Shown piece after piece: positions 31,685-42,324 of a stretch of DNA of 64,000 nucleotides (position 1 is the first letter of the stretch; each line of letters starts with the position of its first letter). Origin of the DNA: Candidatus Hydrogenedentota bacterium (GTDB taxonomy: Bacteria; Hydrogenedentota; Hydrogenedentia; Hydrogenedentales; JAGMZX01); the NCBI GenBank assembly GCA_029556545.1, contig JAKQEQ010000042.1:18729-82728 (forward strand), in the 5' to 3' direction. The notes under the pieces are model-generated. The model did not search any database. It was given only the letters and a program-made list of their open reading frames with translations, and was not told the DNA's origin. The translations under genes were made by a program, and so were the position numbers.

Positions 31685-31732
31685 ATCCGATCTGTCCGAT
31701 CGGTCCGATCAGTCCGATCGGTCCGATCAGTC
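31685..31732. repeat. Period-9 tandem repeat (GTCCGATCN)n
   Basis: Five units; a shorter copy lies at 25191-25215. Confidence 0.75.
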
Positions 31733-31759
31733 GGCGGGGGCCCGAAGGCTAATGAACGG

Positions 31760-31789
31760 TTGACAGTCCCGGAAATATCCCTCTAGAAT
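31760..31789 (+). promoter_or_regulatory. Sigma70-like promoter
   Basis: TTGACA-N18-TAGAAT, 27 nt upstream of the GT4 start. Confidence 0.5.
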
Positions 31790-31816
31790 GGCGCTCTTGT
31801 TTGGGGTTACGACTCT

Positions 31817-33058
31817 GTGCGTATCTTGTTTCTGTGCCAGTACTTCCCCCCGGAGATGGGCGCGCCGGCCGCCCGCACCTTCGAGCATGCCCGGAATTGG
31901 GTGAAGGCGGGCCATGACGTCACGGTCGTCTGCGGCAAACCCAACCATCCCGACGGCGTGGTCCCGCCGAAATACCGGGGTCCCCTCCTCTATCGCGAGA
32001 ACATGGAAGGTATCGACGTGCTGCGGTGCTGGCTGTACGCGACGCCCAACCGGGGCGTATTCAAGCGCAGTATCGCGTTCCTGACGTTCATGCTGTCCGC
32101 GATGTTCTTCGGCTCGTTCGCGTCCGGGAAATCCGACGTGGTCGTGGCGACGTCGCCCCAATTGCTGTGCGCCCTCGCGGGATACGTGGTCTCGGTGCTC
32201 AAGCGCAAGCCCTTCGTCTTCGAGGTGCGCGACCTCTGGCCGAAACAGATCATCGATCTCGGGGCCGTCCGCAATCCGATCATCATCGGCCTGCTCACAT
32301 GGGCGGAGATGTTCCTGTACCGCCGCGCCAAGGCCATCGTCACCGTATCCCCGGCCACGGCGGACGAAATCGCCGCTCGCGGCATCCCGCGCGACAAGCT
32401 CTTCACCGTCACCAACGGCATCAACGAGCGCTTCTTCGCGCCCCGCGGCCGTCTCGGGCCGCTGCGCGACACCTACGGCTGGAACGACGACATCGTCGTG
32501 ATGTACATCGGCACGCACGGCCTGTCTCAGGGGCTTACAACCATTATCGAGACGGCGGAGATGCTCCAGGACCGCGAGGACATTCGTTTTGTGTTCGCGG
32601 GCCAGGGCGCCGAGCGTGAGATGCTTATGGAAATGGTTCACGCGAAGAAACTGCGCAACGTGCAGTTTCTTCCCATGCAAACCAAGGAGAAGATGCCCGA
32701 ATTCTATGCTGCGGCGGACATCTGCCTCGTGCCGCTCAAGAAACGCGACTATTTCCTCTACAACATCCCGTCGAAGATGTTCGAGATCATGGCGTGCGCC
32801 CGGCCCATCATTCTCGGCGTCGAGGGCCAGTCGCTCGAAATACTCAATGAGGCGTCGGCGGGCGTCGCCGTCGATCCCGAAAACGCGCGCGCGTACGCCG
32901 ACGCCATCCGCAAACTGGCCGACGACCCGGAGTTGCGCGCTTCCTACGGCAAGAATGGCTGCGAATATGTCTTGCGCCACTACACGCGCAAGCAGAAGGC
33001 GGAACAATATCTCGAATACCTCCAACGGGTCGTAGACAAAAAGCGCGCCTCGGGATGA
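31817..33058 (+). CDS. GT4 glycosyltransferase (WbuB-like)
   Basis: CQYFPPEMGAPAAR, FEVRDLWP, YIGTHGLSQGL, PSKMFEIMAC. Confidence 0.92.
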   Translation: MRILFLCQYFPPEMGAPAARTFEHARNWVKAGHDVTVVCGKPNHPDGVVPPKYRGPLLYRENMEGIDVLRCWLYATPNRGVFKRSIAFLTFMLSAMFFGSFASGKSDVVVATSPQLLCALAGYVVSVLKRKPFVFEVRDLWPKQIIDLGAVRNPIIIGLLTWAEMFLYRRAKAIVTVSPATADEIAARGIPRDKLFTVTNGINERFFAPRGRLGPLRDTYGWNDDIVVMYIGTHGLSQGLTTIIETAEMLQDREDIRFVFAGQGAEREMLMEMVHAKKLRNVQFLPMQTKEKMPEFYAAADICLVPLKKRDYFLYNIPSKMFEIMACARPIILGVEGQSLEILNEASAGVAVDPENARAYADAIRKLADDPELRASYGKNGCEYVLRHYTRKQKAEQYLEYLQRVVDKKRASG

Positions 33059-34938
33059 ACACGCTCCGACGCTATTACGAGACCTTGCGGTGGCTGCGGC
33101 CCCGCCAGGTCCGGGCGCGCGTGGGTCTGCGTCTGCGCCGGGCGACGGACCCGCTGTGTTTCCCGCGGCGGCTCGCCCGCGCGATACGCCGCGAGGGCGC
33201 CCCGCCGGATTTCGCGCCGCACGTGCGCGATGGCCGCCTGGGCGGTGTCGCGGCGCGGCCCGCCCTTGACCCGGAAGCCATCCTCGCGGGCGAGTTTCGA
33301 TACGCGAACGTGACGCGCCGGTTCCCGGACGCGCCGGACTGGCTCTGCCCCGATCCGGCCCAGCGGTTCTGGTACTACAACCTGCATTATTTCGAGTACG
33401 GCCCGGCGCTGGCGCATGCATGGCGCGACACGGGGAACCGGGCCTATCTCGAACGACTGGAGGCGCTCCTGCGTTCGTGGCTCGACGCGAACCCGCCCGG
33501 ACCGACCTTCGCGTGGGACGGCGGCCCCCTTTCCCACCGCATCATCCACTGGTGCGACACGGCCTTTGTGCTTTCCGGCGAATTCAGCGACCGGGCCATC
33601 GCGCGGGCGTTCAAGGATAGTCTGTACACCCAGGCGCTCTACCTCGAAGACCACCTCGAATATCACCTCGGCGGCAATCATCTGCTCGCCAACGGCGTCG
33701 CGCTGCTCCATGCGGGCGCGGCATTCGCGGGACGCGCCGCCGCGCGCTGGCGCGATCGGGGCCTGCGCATCCTTCTCGAAGAACTGGAAGAACAGATTCT
33801 CGATGACGGCGGCCACTACGAGCGTTCGCCGATGTACCACGCGATCGTGCTTGATCAGTGCCTGCGCGCGATGCGCCTGGTCCGCGCGGCGGAAATCCCG
33901 GAGCCGCCGCTATTGCGCCACAAGATCGTCGCAATGGCGCGTTTCCTCGGCAACGTGCGCGCGCCCGACGGTGAAATCCCGCTGCTGAACGACGCGGCCT
34001 TCGGCATCGCGCGTCCGCCCGCCGCCTTGCTCGAAGAGGCCGCGGCGCTGCTCGACGCGCCCGAACTCCGTGACGCGCCCGCAGGCATCGTGGCGCTGCC
34101 CGATACCGGCTTCTACGTCGCGCGGCCCCAGCCGGACGATTTCCTCGTGTTCGACGCCGGCCCCGTCGGGCCGGACTACAACCCGGGCCACGCCCACAGC
34201 GACACGCTTTCCTTCGAGTTGTCCCTCGGCGGACGGCGCGTCGTCGTCGATTCGGGAACGTTCAGCTACGCCGCCGACCCGTGGCGCGAATACTGCCAGA
34301 GCACGCGCGCCCACAACACCGTGATGATCGACGGCGTCGAGCAGACGGAAAAATGGGGACCTTGGCATTTCCGGGTCGCGCGCCGGGCGAAGCCCGCGGA
34401 CGTGGACTGGTACGAACACGAGGGGCTCGTCGTGTTCCAGGGGAGTCATACCGGCTATGACCACCTGCCCGGCGGGCCGCGCCACGTGCGGCGCGTGTTG
34501 CTTATCGAGGCGCGCCACTGGGTCGTCTACGACGAGGTGTGGGGCGCGGGCGATCACGTCGCTGAGAGTTTCCTGCATTTCCATCCCGAGGTGACCTTGA
34601 CCGACGACGGCGCGTCCTGGCGGGCCGATGCGTCCGGCCACGATTTGCGCGTCCTCTTCTTCGGCGAGGGCGCGGTCGAGCGGCTTCCCGCGACGGAGTC
34701 GCCACCCCAGGGGTGGTATTGCCCCGAGTTCGGCCTGCGATTGCCCCAGGCGGTCTTGCGCGCGACGGCGCGCGGCCAGCTCCCGCTGCGCTTCGGCTGG
34801 GCGCTGTTGCCGGGGGTGCAAGAGGCGGAAATCGCTATCGAAACATCGCAGAAATACATCGCCCTGCGGTGCCGTTTCGATGACGCGACATACCTGTTGC
34901 GCCAGACCCGAGGCGGGCGATTCCATCGCGCGCCGTAG
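33055..34938 (+). CDS. Heparinase II/III family protein
   Basis: [41 protein letters not shown]. Confidence 0.9.
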   Translation: MNTLRRYYETLRWLRPRQVRARVGLRLRRATDPLCFPRRLARAIRREGAPPDFAPHVRDGRLGGVAARPALDPEAILAGEFRYANVTRRFPDAPDWLCPDPAQRFWYYNLHYFEYGPALAHAWRDTGNRAYLERLEALLRSWLDANPPGPTFAWDGGPLSHRIIHWCDTAFVLSGEFSDRAIARAFKDSLYTQALYLEDHLEYHLGGNHLLANGVALLHAGAAFAGRAAARWRDRGLRILLEELEEQILDDGGHYERSPMYHAIVLDQCLRAMRLVRAAEIPEPPLLRHKIVAMARFLGNVRAPDGEIPLLNDAAFGIARPPAALLEEAAALLDAPELRDAPAGIVALPDTGFYVARPQPDDFLVFDAGPVGPDYNPGHAHSDTLSFELSLGGRRVVVDSGTFSYAADPWREYCQSTRAHNTVMIDGVEQTEKWGPWHFRVARRAKPADVDWYEHEGLVVFQGSHTGYDHLPGGPRHVRRVLLIEARHWVVYDEVWGAGDHVAESFLHFHPEVTLTDDGASWRADASGHDLRVLFFGEGAVERLPATESPPQGWYCPEFGLRLPQAVLRATARGQLPLRFGWALLPGVQEAEIAIETSQKYIALRCRFDDATYLLRQTRGGRFHRAP

Positions 34939-35053
34939 GCCGCAGGTTTGCGGGGAATCGCTCCGGTCTTCTACAATAACGCCGTCTAACCGGTCCGTGG
35001 GTGCGGCTGTCTTTCCCCCAAGTTGTAGCGGATCAAGCAAGAGGAACTGTGCA

Positions 35054-37324
35054 ATGGCTTTCGATTTCGACGTGATTCAAACGGTGTATGGGCGGCTTCC
35101 CGAGCGTGTGGCGGCGGCGCGCAAGCTGCTCGGACGGCCCATGACGCTCGCCGAGAAGACACTTTATGCCCACCTCTGGGAAGGGACGCCGACGCAAGTC
35201 CACACCCGCGGCGAATCCTACGTGAACTTCGCGCCGGACCGCGTCGCCATGCAGGACGCCACCGCGCAGATGGCGCTGCTCCAGTTCATGCAGGCGGGCA
35301 AGCCGAAGACCGCGGTGCCGTCGACGGTCCATTGCGACCACTTGATCCAGGCGGAGACCGGCGCGGCGGCGGACCTCAAGAAATCGCTCGACATGAACCG
35401 CGAGGTCTTCGATTTTCTGGCGTCGGTCTCCAACAAGTACGGCATCGGCTTCTGGAAGCCGGGCGCGGGCATTATCCATCAGGTGGTCCTCGAAAACTAT
35501 GCGTTCCCCGGCGGCATGATGATCGGCACCGATTCGCATACGCCGAACGCGGGCGGGCTCGGGATGCTCGCCGTCGGTGTCGGCGGCGCGGACGCGGTGG
35601 ACGTCATGGCGGGTATGGCGTGGGAACTTAAGTTCCCGAAGCTGATCGGAGTGCATCTCACGGGCCACCTGAGCGGCTGGGCCTCGCCCAAGGACGTGAT
35701 CTTGAAGGTCGCGGGCATCCTCACCGTAAAGGGCGGCACGGGCGCGATCGTCGAGTACTTCGGCGAAGGCGCGGAGAACCTGTCCTGCACGGGCAAGGGC
35801 ACCATCTGCAACATGGGCGCCGAGGTCGGCGCGACCACCTCGACCTTCGCGTTCGACGAGTCGATGCTGCGGTATCTCGAGGCGACGGCGCGCCCGGACG
35901 TGGCCGAGGCCGCGCGGCAAGTGGCCGATCACCTGCGGCCCGACCCGGAGGTGTACCGGGACCCGGCGAAGTACTTCGACCAGGTGATCGAGATCGACCT
36001 GAGCGCGCTCGAACCCCACCTGAACGGCCCCTTCACGCCGGACCGCGCCACGCCGGTGTCCCAGATGCGCGTCGAATGCGAGAAGTACGGCTGGCCGCGC
36101 GCGGTCGAGGTCGGCCTCATCGGCTCGTGCACCAATTCGTCCTACGAGGACATGACGGCGGCGGCCTCGATTGCGCGGCAGGCCCGCGAGAAGAAACTCA
36201 AGGCGAAGGCCGAGTTCACCATCACGCCCGGGTCCGAGCAGGTCCGCGCGACCATCGAGCGCGACGGACTCCTCACGGATTTCGAGGCCATCGGCGGCGT
36301 CGTGCTCGCGAACGCCTGCGGACCCTGCATCGGCCAGTGGGCGCGCCACCGCCACGGCGGCAACGACCAACCAAACACGATTGTCACGTCGTTCAACCGC
36401 AACTTCGCGAAGCGCAACGACGGCAACCCGAAGACGCACGCCTTCGTCGCGTCGCCTGCCCTTGTGACCGCCCTCGCCCTCGCGGGCGATCTCGCGTTCA
36501 ACCCCGCCGCGGACAGCCTGATGAACGAAGAAGGGCATCCCGTGCGGCTCGACCCGCCCGCGCCCGTCGAATTGCCGCCGAACGGCTTCGGCTGCGACGA
36601 CCCGGGCTATGTCGCGCCCGCCACGGACGGTGCCGCCGTCCAGGTGGCTGTGCGGCCCGACTCGAAGCGCCTGCAACTGCTCGAACCCTTCGCGGCCAAC
36701 ACGGAGCCGGCGCTGACCGGGCTGCGGCTGCTGATCAAGGCCAAGGGCAAGTGCACAACGGACCATATATCTATGGCGGGACCGTGGTTGCGTTTCCGCG
36801 GCCACCTCGACAATATCGCGGATAACACGCTCACCGGCGCGATTAACGCCTTCAACGACGAGCCGAACAAGGTCAAGAACCTGCTCACCGGCGAATACGG
36901 CGAAGTGCCGAAAGTGCAACGCGCGTACAAGGCCCAGAGCGTCGGCACAATTGTCGTGGGCGACGAGAACTACGGCGAGGGCTCATCCCGCGAGCACGCG
37001 GCCATGCAGCCGCGCCACCTCGGCGTGCGCGCCGTACTCGTCAAGAGCTTCGCGCGCATCCACGAGACCAACTTGAAGAAACAGGGTATGCTCGCCCTCA
37101 CCTTCGCCGACCCGGCGGATTACGACAGAATCCGCGAGGACGACGTGATCGACATCCTCGGCCTCGATGCGTTCGCGCCCGGCAAGCCGCTCCGTCTCGT
37201 CCTGCGCCACGCCGACGGCACCACCGACGAATGCGCCGTGAACCACACCTACAACGACGCCCAGATCGCGTGGTACAAGGCCGGCGGCGCCCTCAACCTC
37301 ATCCGCGCCGGCGCGGGGGCGTGA
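35054..37324 (+). CDS. Aconitate hydratase (mitochondrial-like subtype)
   Basis: [51 protein letters not shown]; GAGGA SD. Confidence 0.95.
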   Translation: MAFDFDVIQTVYGRLPERVAAARKLLGRPMTLAEKTLYAHLWEGTPTQVHTRGESYVNFAPDRVAMQDATAQMALLQFMQAGKPKTAVPSTVHCDHLIQAETGAAADLKKSLDMNREVFDFLASVSNKYGIGFWKPGAGIIHQVVLENYAFPGGMMIGTDSHTPNAGGLGMLAVGVGGADAVDVMAGMAWELKFPKLIGVHLTGHLSGWASPKDVILKVAGILTVKGGTGAIVEYFGEGAENLSCTGKGTICNMGAEVGATTSTFAFDESMLRYLEATARPDVAEAARQVADHLRPDPEVYRDPAKYFDQVIEIDLSALEPHLNGPFTPDRATPVSQMRVECEKYGWPRAVEVGLIGSCTNSSYEDMTAAASIARQAREKKLKAKAEFTITPGSEQVRATIERDGLLTDFEAIGGVVLANACGPCIGQWARHRHGGNDQPNTIVTSFNRNFAKRNDGNPKTHAFVASPALVTALALAGDLAFNPAADSLMNEEGHPVRLDPPAPVELPPNGFGCDDPGYVAPATDGAAVQVAVRPDSKRLQLLEPFAANTEPALTGLRLLIKAKGKCTTDHISMAGPWLRFRGHLDNIADNTLTGAINAFNDEPNKVKNLLTGEYGEVPKVQRAYKAQSVGTIVVGDENYGEGSSREHAAMQPRHLGVRAVLVKSFARIHETNLKKQGMLALTFADPADYDRIREDDVIDILGLDAFAPGKPLRLVLRHADGTTDECAVNHTYNDAQIAWYKAGGALNLIRAGAGA

Positions 37325-37422
37325 GTTGGCTGCTTTTTGGTGCATTCGTGGTCGGTTAAGCCGCTGCACATAACGTCTCCAAGCGTATAACGCATACTTC
37401 TTCCTCGTCTGCACGAATTGGC

Positions 37423-37504
37423 CTGGATTCCCGCTTCCGCGGGAATGACGGAGAAGAGGGCCAAATTCGCCCCCGGCGTCATTCCCGCGGAAGCGGGAAT
37501 CCAG
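37423..37504. repeat. Inverted pair of CGTC-REPs (BIME/REPIN-like)
   Basis: ctggattcccgcttccgcgggaatgacg...cgtcattcccgcggaagcgggaatccag, a perfect 28-bp inverted repeat. Confidence 0.9.
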
Positions 37505-37640
37505 AAAGACACAGACAGTGCCCTCAACCGAACACGAATGCTTTTTGGTGTGCTGTTCCGCTATTACCGCTGGATTGCCGGATTCTTGGCGGAGTCGCGG
37601 TCGAATCGCGGCGTATGTTGCGGATAGCGCGGACGACTTG

Positions 37641-37854
37641 TTAGCGCGCTTCAGCGCGCTCCTCTTTGCACCCTGCTTTAGCAGGGGTGTAGGGGAGTTG
37701 CCTTTCCGGACAGGGCGCTTCAGCGCCGCTTTCCGGATGGCTTCAGCGCTGAAGCGCTTGAAAAGCCGCGCTGAAGCGCGCTCTGGCGGAGGGGAGTCTT
37801 CCTTTCACCCCGCATGAATGCGGGTGCAAAGAGGAGCCCGCCGAGGCGGGCTAA
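37641..37854. mobile_element. Non-autonomous MITE/REPIN-like element
   Basis: 33-bp terminal inverted repeats (29/33 match), internal GCTTCAGC/GCTGAAGC hairpins, half copy at 11364. Confidence 0.65.
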
Positions 37855-37890
37855 TCAGCCCCTGAGACGCCGCAGTCGGCAACAGCGGAG

Positions 37891-38145
37891 TTGCACCCGC
37901 TTTTTCTGGATGAGAGCGGCCACGACCATCGGCACGTGCCGCATGAGGTTCGGGGAGGGGTGGCGATCCATGCCCGCGAAGTGTGGCCATTCGTGCAAGA
38001 TCTGCAATCTCTCGAGCTACATGCTTTCGGAGCGAATCTGGCCCGCTTTGCAGAGGAGTTGAAGGGGACAAAGCTTCTGGACAGGGATCGCTTCAAATGG
38101 GCGCGGCAGAAGGTTCCGATGCCCGAAGAGTCCCGGCGGAAGCAA
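37891..38145 (+). pseudogene. N-terminal fragment of a DUF3800-like protein
   Basis: LFLDESGHDH...EVRGGVA...ELKGTKLL; similarity ends at about RRK; no cognate C-terminus. Confidence 0.55.
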
Positions 38146-38292
38146 ATTGCGAGGCCCAACCCGAAGCCGGCTTCGGTTGAACTCGCCGGCGGCGGGGAAG
38201 CAGCGAAAACCTCGCCCGCTTTTGCGCCGCGCGGTGCGGATGCCGTATCGTTTGCTGGGCGTGGACGGGTGCATTTCGAGGGCGGGACGGTT

Positions 38293-40470
38293 ATGAACGA
38301 CGCGGATACGTCGCCGGAGCAAACGGACCTCGAACCCCTCGTGACGATCGAGGGCGTGGTCGAGCGCATCGTTTTCGAGAACGCGGAGAACGGCTATGTC
38401 GTGGCGCGGCTGCGTCAGGAGGGCCGCCCGGACCTTCGCACCTTCGTCGGGAACTTCCTGGCCGTGTCGCCGGGGGAGACGGTGCGCCTGACGGGGCGCT
38501 GGGTGGACGACAAGCGCTTCGGGAAACAACTGCGCGTCGAATCGTTCCAGACGATTCTGCCGGGGTCGGTCGAGGGGATCGAGCGCTACCTCGGTTCGGG
38601 GCTGATCGAGGGGATCGGCCCGGTATACGCGAAGCGGCTGGTCGCGGCGTTCGGCGTCGAGACGCTGCGCGTAATCGACGAGGAGCCGGCGCGTCTGCGG
38701 CGCGTGGCGGGGATCGGCCCGAAGCGGGCGGCGCAAATCCGGGAGGCGTGGGCGCGGCAGAAGGCGATCCAGTCCATCATGATCTTCCTCCAGGGGCACG
38801 GCATCGGCACGGCCCTCGCCGTCAAGATATACAAGCATTACGGCGACGCGGCGGTCGCGGTGCTGCGGGAGAACCCGTATCGGCTCGCCCAGGACCTCTC
38901 GGGCGTCGCGTTCCGCACGGCGGACAAGATCGCGCGGGAGTTGGGCATCGCGGCGGACGCCCCGCAGCGGATGCAGGCGGGGTTGTTCCACGTGCTGCAC
39001 GAGTCCGCGGGCGACGGCCACGTCTGCCTCAAGCGCGAGGACCTCGTGCGCGACGGCGCGGAATTGCTCGGCGTGCCTGAGGCGGTCCTCGACGGGCCGT
39101 TGCAGGCGCTGGTCATGGAGCATTGCGCGGTCGTCGAGGGCGAATGGTGCTTTCAGGTTCCGTTGTACGCGGCGGAATCGGGCTGCGCCGATCGGCTCAA
39201 GCGCCTGGCCGCGGCGAAGGCCGACCTCCCGCCCATCGCGCACGTGGACAACGCGCTGCGCTACGCCGAGCGCGCGCAGTTTATCGAATTGTCGCCCGAG
39301 CAGCGCGACGCGGTCCGTGCGGCCCTCGATGCGAAGGTGATGATCATCACGGGCGGCCCGGGCACGGGCAAGACCACGGTGATCAAGAGCGTCCTGAGCA
39401 TCTACCAGAAGAAGGGCGTCGTCTACCTGCTTGCCGCGCCGACGGGCCGCGCCGCCAAGCGCATGGAGGAGGCGACGGGCCGCCCGGCGCGGACCATCCA
39501 TCGCCTGCTCGAGTACAGTCCCCAGAGCGGCGGATTCACGCGCAACGAGTACAACCCGCTGCACGTCGAGCTGCTGATCGTGGACGAGGCGTCGATGATC
39601 GACATTGCGCTGATGCACCACCTGCTCAAGGCGCTGCCGCCCTACGCGAAACTCATCCTGGTCGGCGACATCGATCAATTGCCGTCGGTCGGGCCCGGCA
39701 ACGTGCTCATGGACCTCATCGCGAGCAATTGCTTCCCGGTGGTCCGCCTGCGCACGGTGTTCCGGCAGGCCGCCGAGAGCGGCATCATCGCGAACGCGCA
39801 CCGCATCAACACGGGGCAACAGCCGGTGTTCAACCAGACGGACTTCTTCCTGATCCAGCGGCCCGACCCCGTCCAGGCCCTCGAAACCGTGATCGAGGTC
39901 GTGCGGCAGCGGCTGCCCCGGTCCTTCGGCCTGAACCCGACCCGCGACATCCAGGTGCTCGCCCCCATGCACCGCGGTGACGCGGGCGTCACGCGGCTGA
40001 ACGAAGCGCTCCAGGCGGCGCTGAACCCAGGCGGCGAACCGATTCCGCGCCGCACTTTCCGGGTCGGCGACAAGGTGATGCAACTGCGCAACAACTACGA
40101 ACTCGAGGTGTATAACGGCGACGTCGGGATCATCACGCGCGCGAACGCGGACGACCGGATGCTCCATATCGCGTTCGAGGACCGCGCAGTGCTCTATGAC
40201 TTCGACGACCTGGACGACCTCGGCCTCGCGTATGCCGCCACGGTCCATAAGTCGCAGGGCAGCGAATATCCCGCCGTCGTGCTCGCGCTCCTGCCGCAGC
40301 ACTACATGATGCTCCAGCGCAACGTGCTCTATACCGCCGTCACCCGCGCCCGCCGCATCGTCGTCATCGTCGGCACGCCCAAGGCCGTCGCCCTCGCCGT
40401 GCGCAACAACACGATCGCCCGCCGCAACACCCGCCTCACCGAACGGCTGCGCAACGTCGGCGGCCTGTAG
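38293..40470 (+). CDS. recD2: ATP-dependent RecD2 (RecD-like/TraA family) helicase
   Basis: HhH GIGP repeats, ENPYRL, GGPGTGKTT, APTGRAAKR, DEASM, GDIDQLPSVG, HKSQGSE, YTAVTRAR. Confidence 0.95.
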   Translation: MNDADTSPEQTDLEPLVTIEGVVERIVFENAENGYVVARLRQEGRPDLRTFVGNFLAVSPGETVRLTGRWVDDKRFGKQLRVESFQTILPGSVEGIERYLGSGLIEGIGPVYAKRLVAAFGVETLRVIDEEPARLRRVAGIGPKRAAQIREAWARQKAIQSIMIFLQGHGIGTALAVKIYKHYGDAAVAVLRENPYRLAQDLSGVAFRTADKIARELGIAADAPQRMQAGLFHVLHESAGDGHVCLKREDLVRDGAELLGVPEAVLDGPLQALVMEHCAVVEGEWCFQVPLYAAESGCADRLKRLAAAKADLPPIAHVDNALRYAERAQFIELSPEQRDAVRAALDAKVMIITGGPGTGKTTVIKSVLSIYQKKGVVYLLAAPTGRAAKRMEEATGRPARTIHRLLEYSPQSGGFTRNEYNPLHVELLIVDEASMIDIALMHHLLKALPPYAKLILVGDIDQLPSVGPGNVLMDLIASNCFPVVRLRTVFRQAAESGIIANAHRINTGQQPVFNQTDFFLIQRPDPVQALETVIEVVRQRLPRSFGLNPTRDIQVLAPMHRGDAGVTRLNEALQAALNPGGEPIPRRTFRVGDKVMQLRNNYELEVYNGDVGIITRANADDRMLHIAFEDRAVLYDFDDLDDLGLAYAATVHKSQGSEYPAVVLALLPQHYMMLQRNVLYTAVTRARRIVVIVGTPKAVALAVRNNTIARRNTRLTERLRNVGGL

Positions 40471-40482
40471 CACGACGCGCGT

Positions 40483-40511
40483 TTGAACCGAACGCAAACG
40501 TTTGCTATACT
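40483..40511 (+). promoter_or_regulatory. Sigma70 promoter of rpsT
   Basis: TTGAAC-N17-TATACT with TG extension. Confidence 0.6.
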
Positions 40512-40638
40512 TCCTCTTCCACGAACGTGTCCGGCACGTATTTTGCCGTGTTTCCGCTGAAGAACCGTGATGGGAATCCGTCCCGCCGCTGACGTATCGG
40601 CGGACGGTGTCCCGGGAAACGAGGTTTAAGAACGACAT

Positions 40639-40902
40639 ATGGCGAATATCAAACAACAAAAGAAGCGAATCGGGCAGGACCGCCGGCGGCGCCTGCGCAA
40701 TATGGACGTGAAGTCGCGGATGCGCACGTTCATCAAGCGCGCGATGACCGCGCTGAACGCGGGTGACAAGGCGACGGCAGGCGTGGCGGTGCCCGAGGCG
40801 GTGACGGCTATTGACCGCGCCGTGGCGAAGGGCGTTATCCACCGCAACGCGGGCGCCCGGAAGAAATCCTCGCTCGTGACGCGCATCAACGCGCTTCAAT
40901 AA
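40639..40902 (+). CDS. rpsT: 30S ribosomal protein S20
   Basis: MANIKQQKKRI...KSRMRTFIK...KGVIHRNAGARKKS; GAGGT SD. Confidence 0.96.
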   Translation: MANIKQQKKRIGQDRRRRLRNMDVKSRMRTFIKRAMTALNAGDKATAGVAVPEAVTAIDRAVAKGVIHRNAGARKKSSLVTRINALQ

Positions 40903-40920
40903 GACCAGTCGCCATCCACC

Positions 40921-40960
40921 GACCGCGAACCCGACCATTGTTCGCGGTCGCGGTGTTTCT
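40921..40960 (+). terminator. rpsT terminator hairpin
   Basis: gaccgcgaac/gttcgcggtc 10-bp stem followed by gtttctt. Confidence 0.5.
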
Positions 40961-41149
40961 TGCGGCGGCGCGTCCCGCGGGAATCGTGGAGGGGGATTTC
41001 ATGTGGCAAGCCTTTTTGCAGCGGAACAGCCCCCCCCTATCCGTACTCGCCCCGCCGTCTGAGCCCGGCAGCGCGCGGCACACCTCACCCCCCTGAAGTG
41101 GAAATCACGCCCCGCAGCCACGTAAGGGGCAGCGAGTATCCCGACGCGA

Positions 41150-41458
41150 CTACGCTTCGATCCGGCAGTATTCCTGCTCGTACCACTCGCGCCATTGGGC
41201 GGCGTACCGGTTAATCCAGTCGAATACCGCCTCCGCGCCCAAGTCGCGTTGCGCTCTCTCCGATTCGAGCCACTTGTGCTCCTCGATCGCCCGTCGCTCC
41301 AGGGCCATCATGTGCCGCATCCGCCAATCCTTGGCGTGATACCGCAGCCAATCCAAGGCCGCGTAGTCGAAGCCGACATCGCGACCCTCCTGCTGCGACA
41401 GGTGGTACTTGTGTACCTCGATAGCCTGTAGCTCGTCCTGACTGAAATCAACCTCCAT
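41150..41458 (-). CDS. DUF4032-like protein with a duplicated HK(Y/W)xxS...DxG..A..DW motif
   Basis: HKYHLSQQEGRDVGFDYAALDW and HKWLESERAQRDLGAEAVFDW. Confidence 0.7.
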   Translation of the reverse strand: MEVDFSQDELQAIEVHKYHLSQQEGRDVGFDYAALDWLRYHAKDWRMRHMMALERRAIEEHKWLESERAQRDLGAEAVFDWINRYAAQWREWYEQEYCRIEA

Positions 41459-42324
41459 CTGTTGCGTACCTCATGCAGCCTAACCCTGGTCTTCCCGCGC
41501 TCCGCTCTCACGCGCCACTCTCGATTATTATTGACGGATTAAGGCCGGCGGTTATTCATGTTCAACTCCGAGCAGCGCAATGAGCTACACCCAAAATTAT
41601 ACCATAAACTCTTGGCAAATACTGTCATAATTCTGCGAAAATGTCAACCCCTGCCGTCGGGTTGCCCCGCTACGAACCCCGGAAAGGCCCGTAACGAGAC
41701 CCGCCCGCCACCGCCCCCCGGTCCCCAAGTCGATTTCCCAGTCTCTCCGCCGCATGGAACGGAGTCTACTGCAAGAATCGCTGAAAGTCAATAGGTTGGC
41801 GCGCAGTTTCCCGGTTTCGATTCGTATTATTGATTTCATGCGCGCCGTCCCGCAGTCATGGCGGCCATTTCGCAGATGTTCGCGGTCCCGTCGGCTTCGG
41901 TATGTCAAATGGAGCACACGAGCCCTCGGCAACGCGGGCTCAGTACGCATCCCTTTGCGGGACAGTCCCGCGAAACTTCCGCTTCAAGACCACCTTCATT
42001 TCCGCGACAAACGGGCATCGACTTCCGCGTGAATGCGGCCACCGTGAAGTTGTATCTCGCCCGCTTCTTTCGCTATCCTTCTTCCGTGCCGCGTGTGCGC
42101 GCGCCGGCGTTGCGCGGGCGGCGCGCGTGAAGGGTCGGGGGAGGGGATGGCGTTAATTCCCGCAGGAGACTCGGTGGCTAATAGCCGCCATTTCCAGTTA
42201 CGGGCAGAGATTACGGGGGACACATCGTCTCCCGGGTGGCGCGGGGGCGGGCGGAAGACAATTTCGAAAACCGCGACCGATCGCGGTCTTGTGCAGGACG
42301 CTGGGCGCATAGCGCCGGGAGACG

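Noticed and set aside
34628-35053. N-terminal extension of aconitase in the ORF track
   Set aside because: Overlaps the heparinase-like gene; an SD and family-typical start are at 35054.
38017-40938. 973-aa antisense ORF (also 56339-58420, 35033-36919, 9236-11083 and others)
   Set aside because: Shadow ORFs opposite well-supported genes, expected from high GC3 codon bias; no recognisable motifs.
41003-41020. Sigma-54 promoter-like TGGCAAG...TTGCA
   Set aside because: GG-to-GC spacing is 11 rather than the required 10, and no downstream plus-strand gene is nearby.
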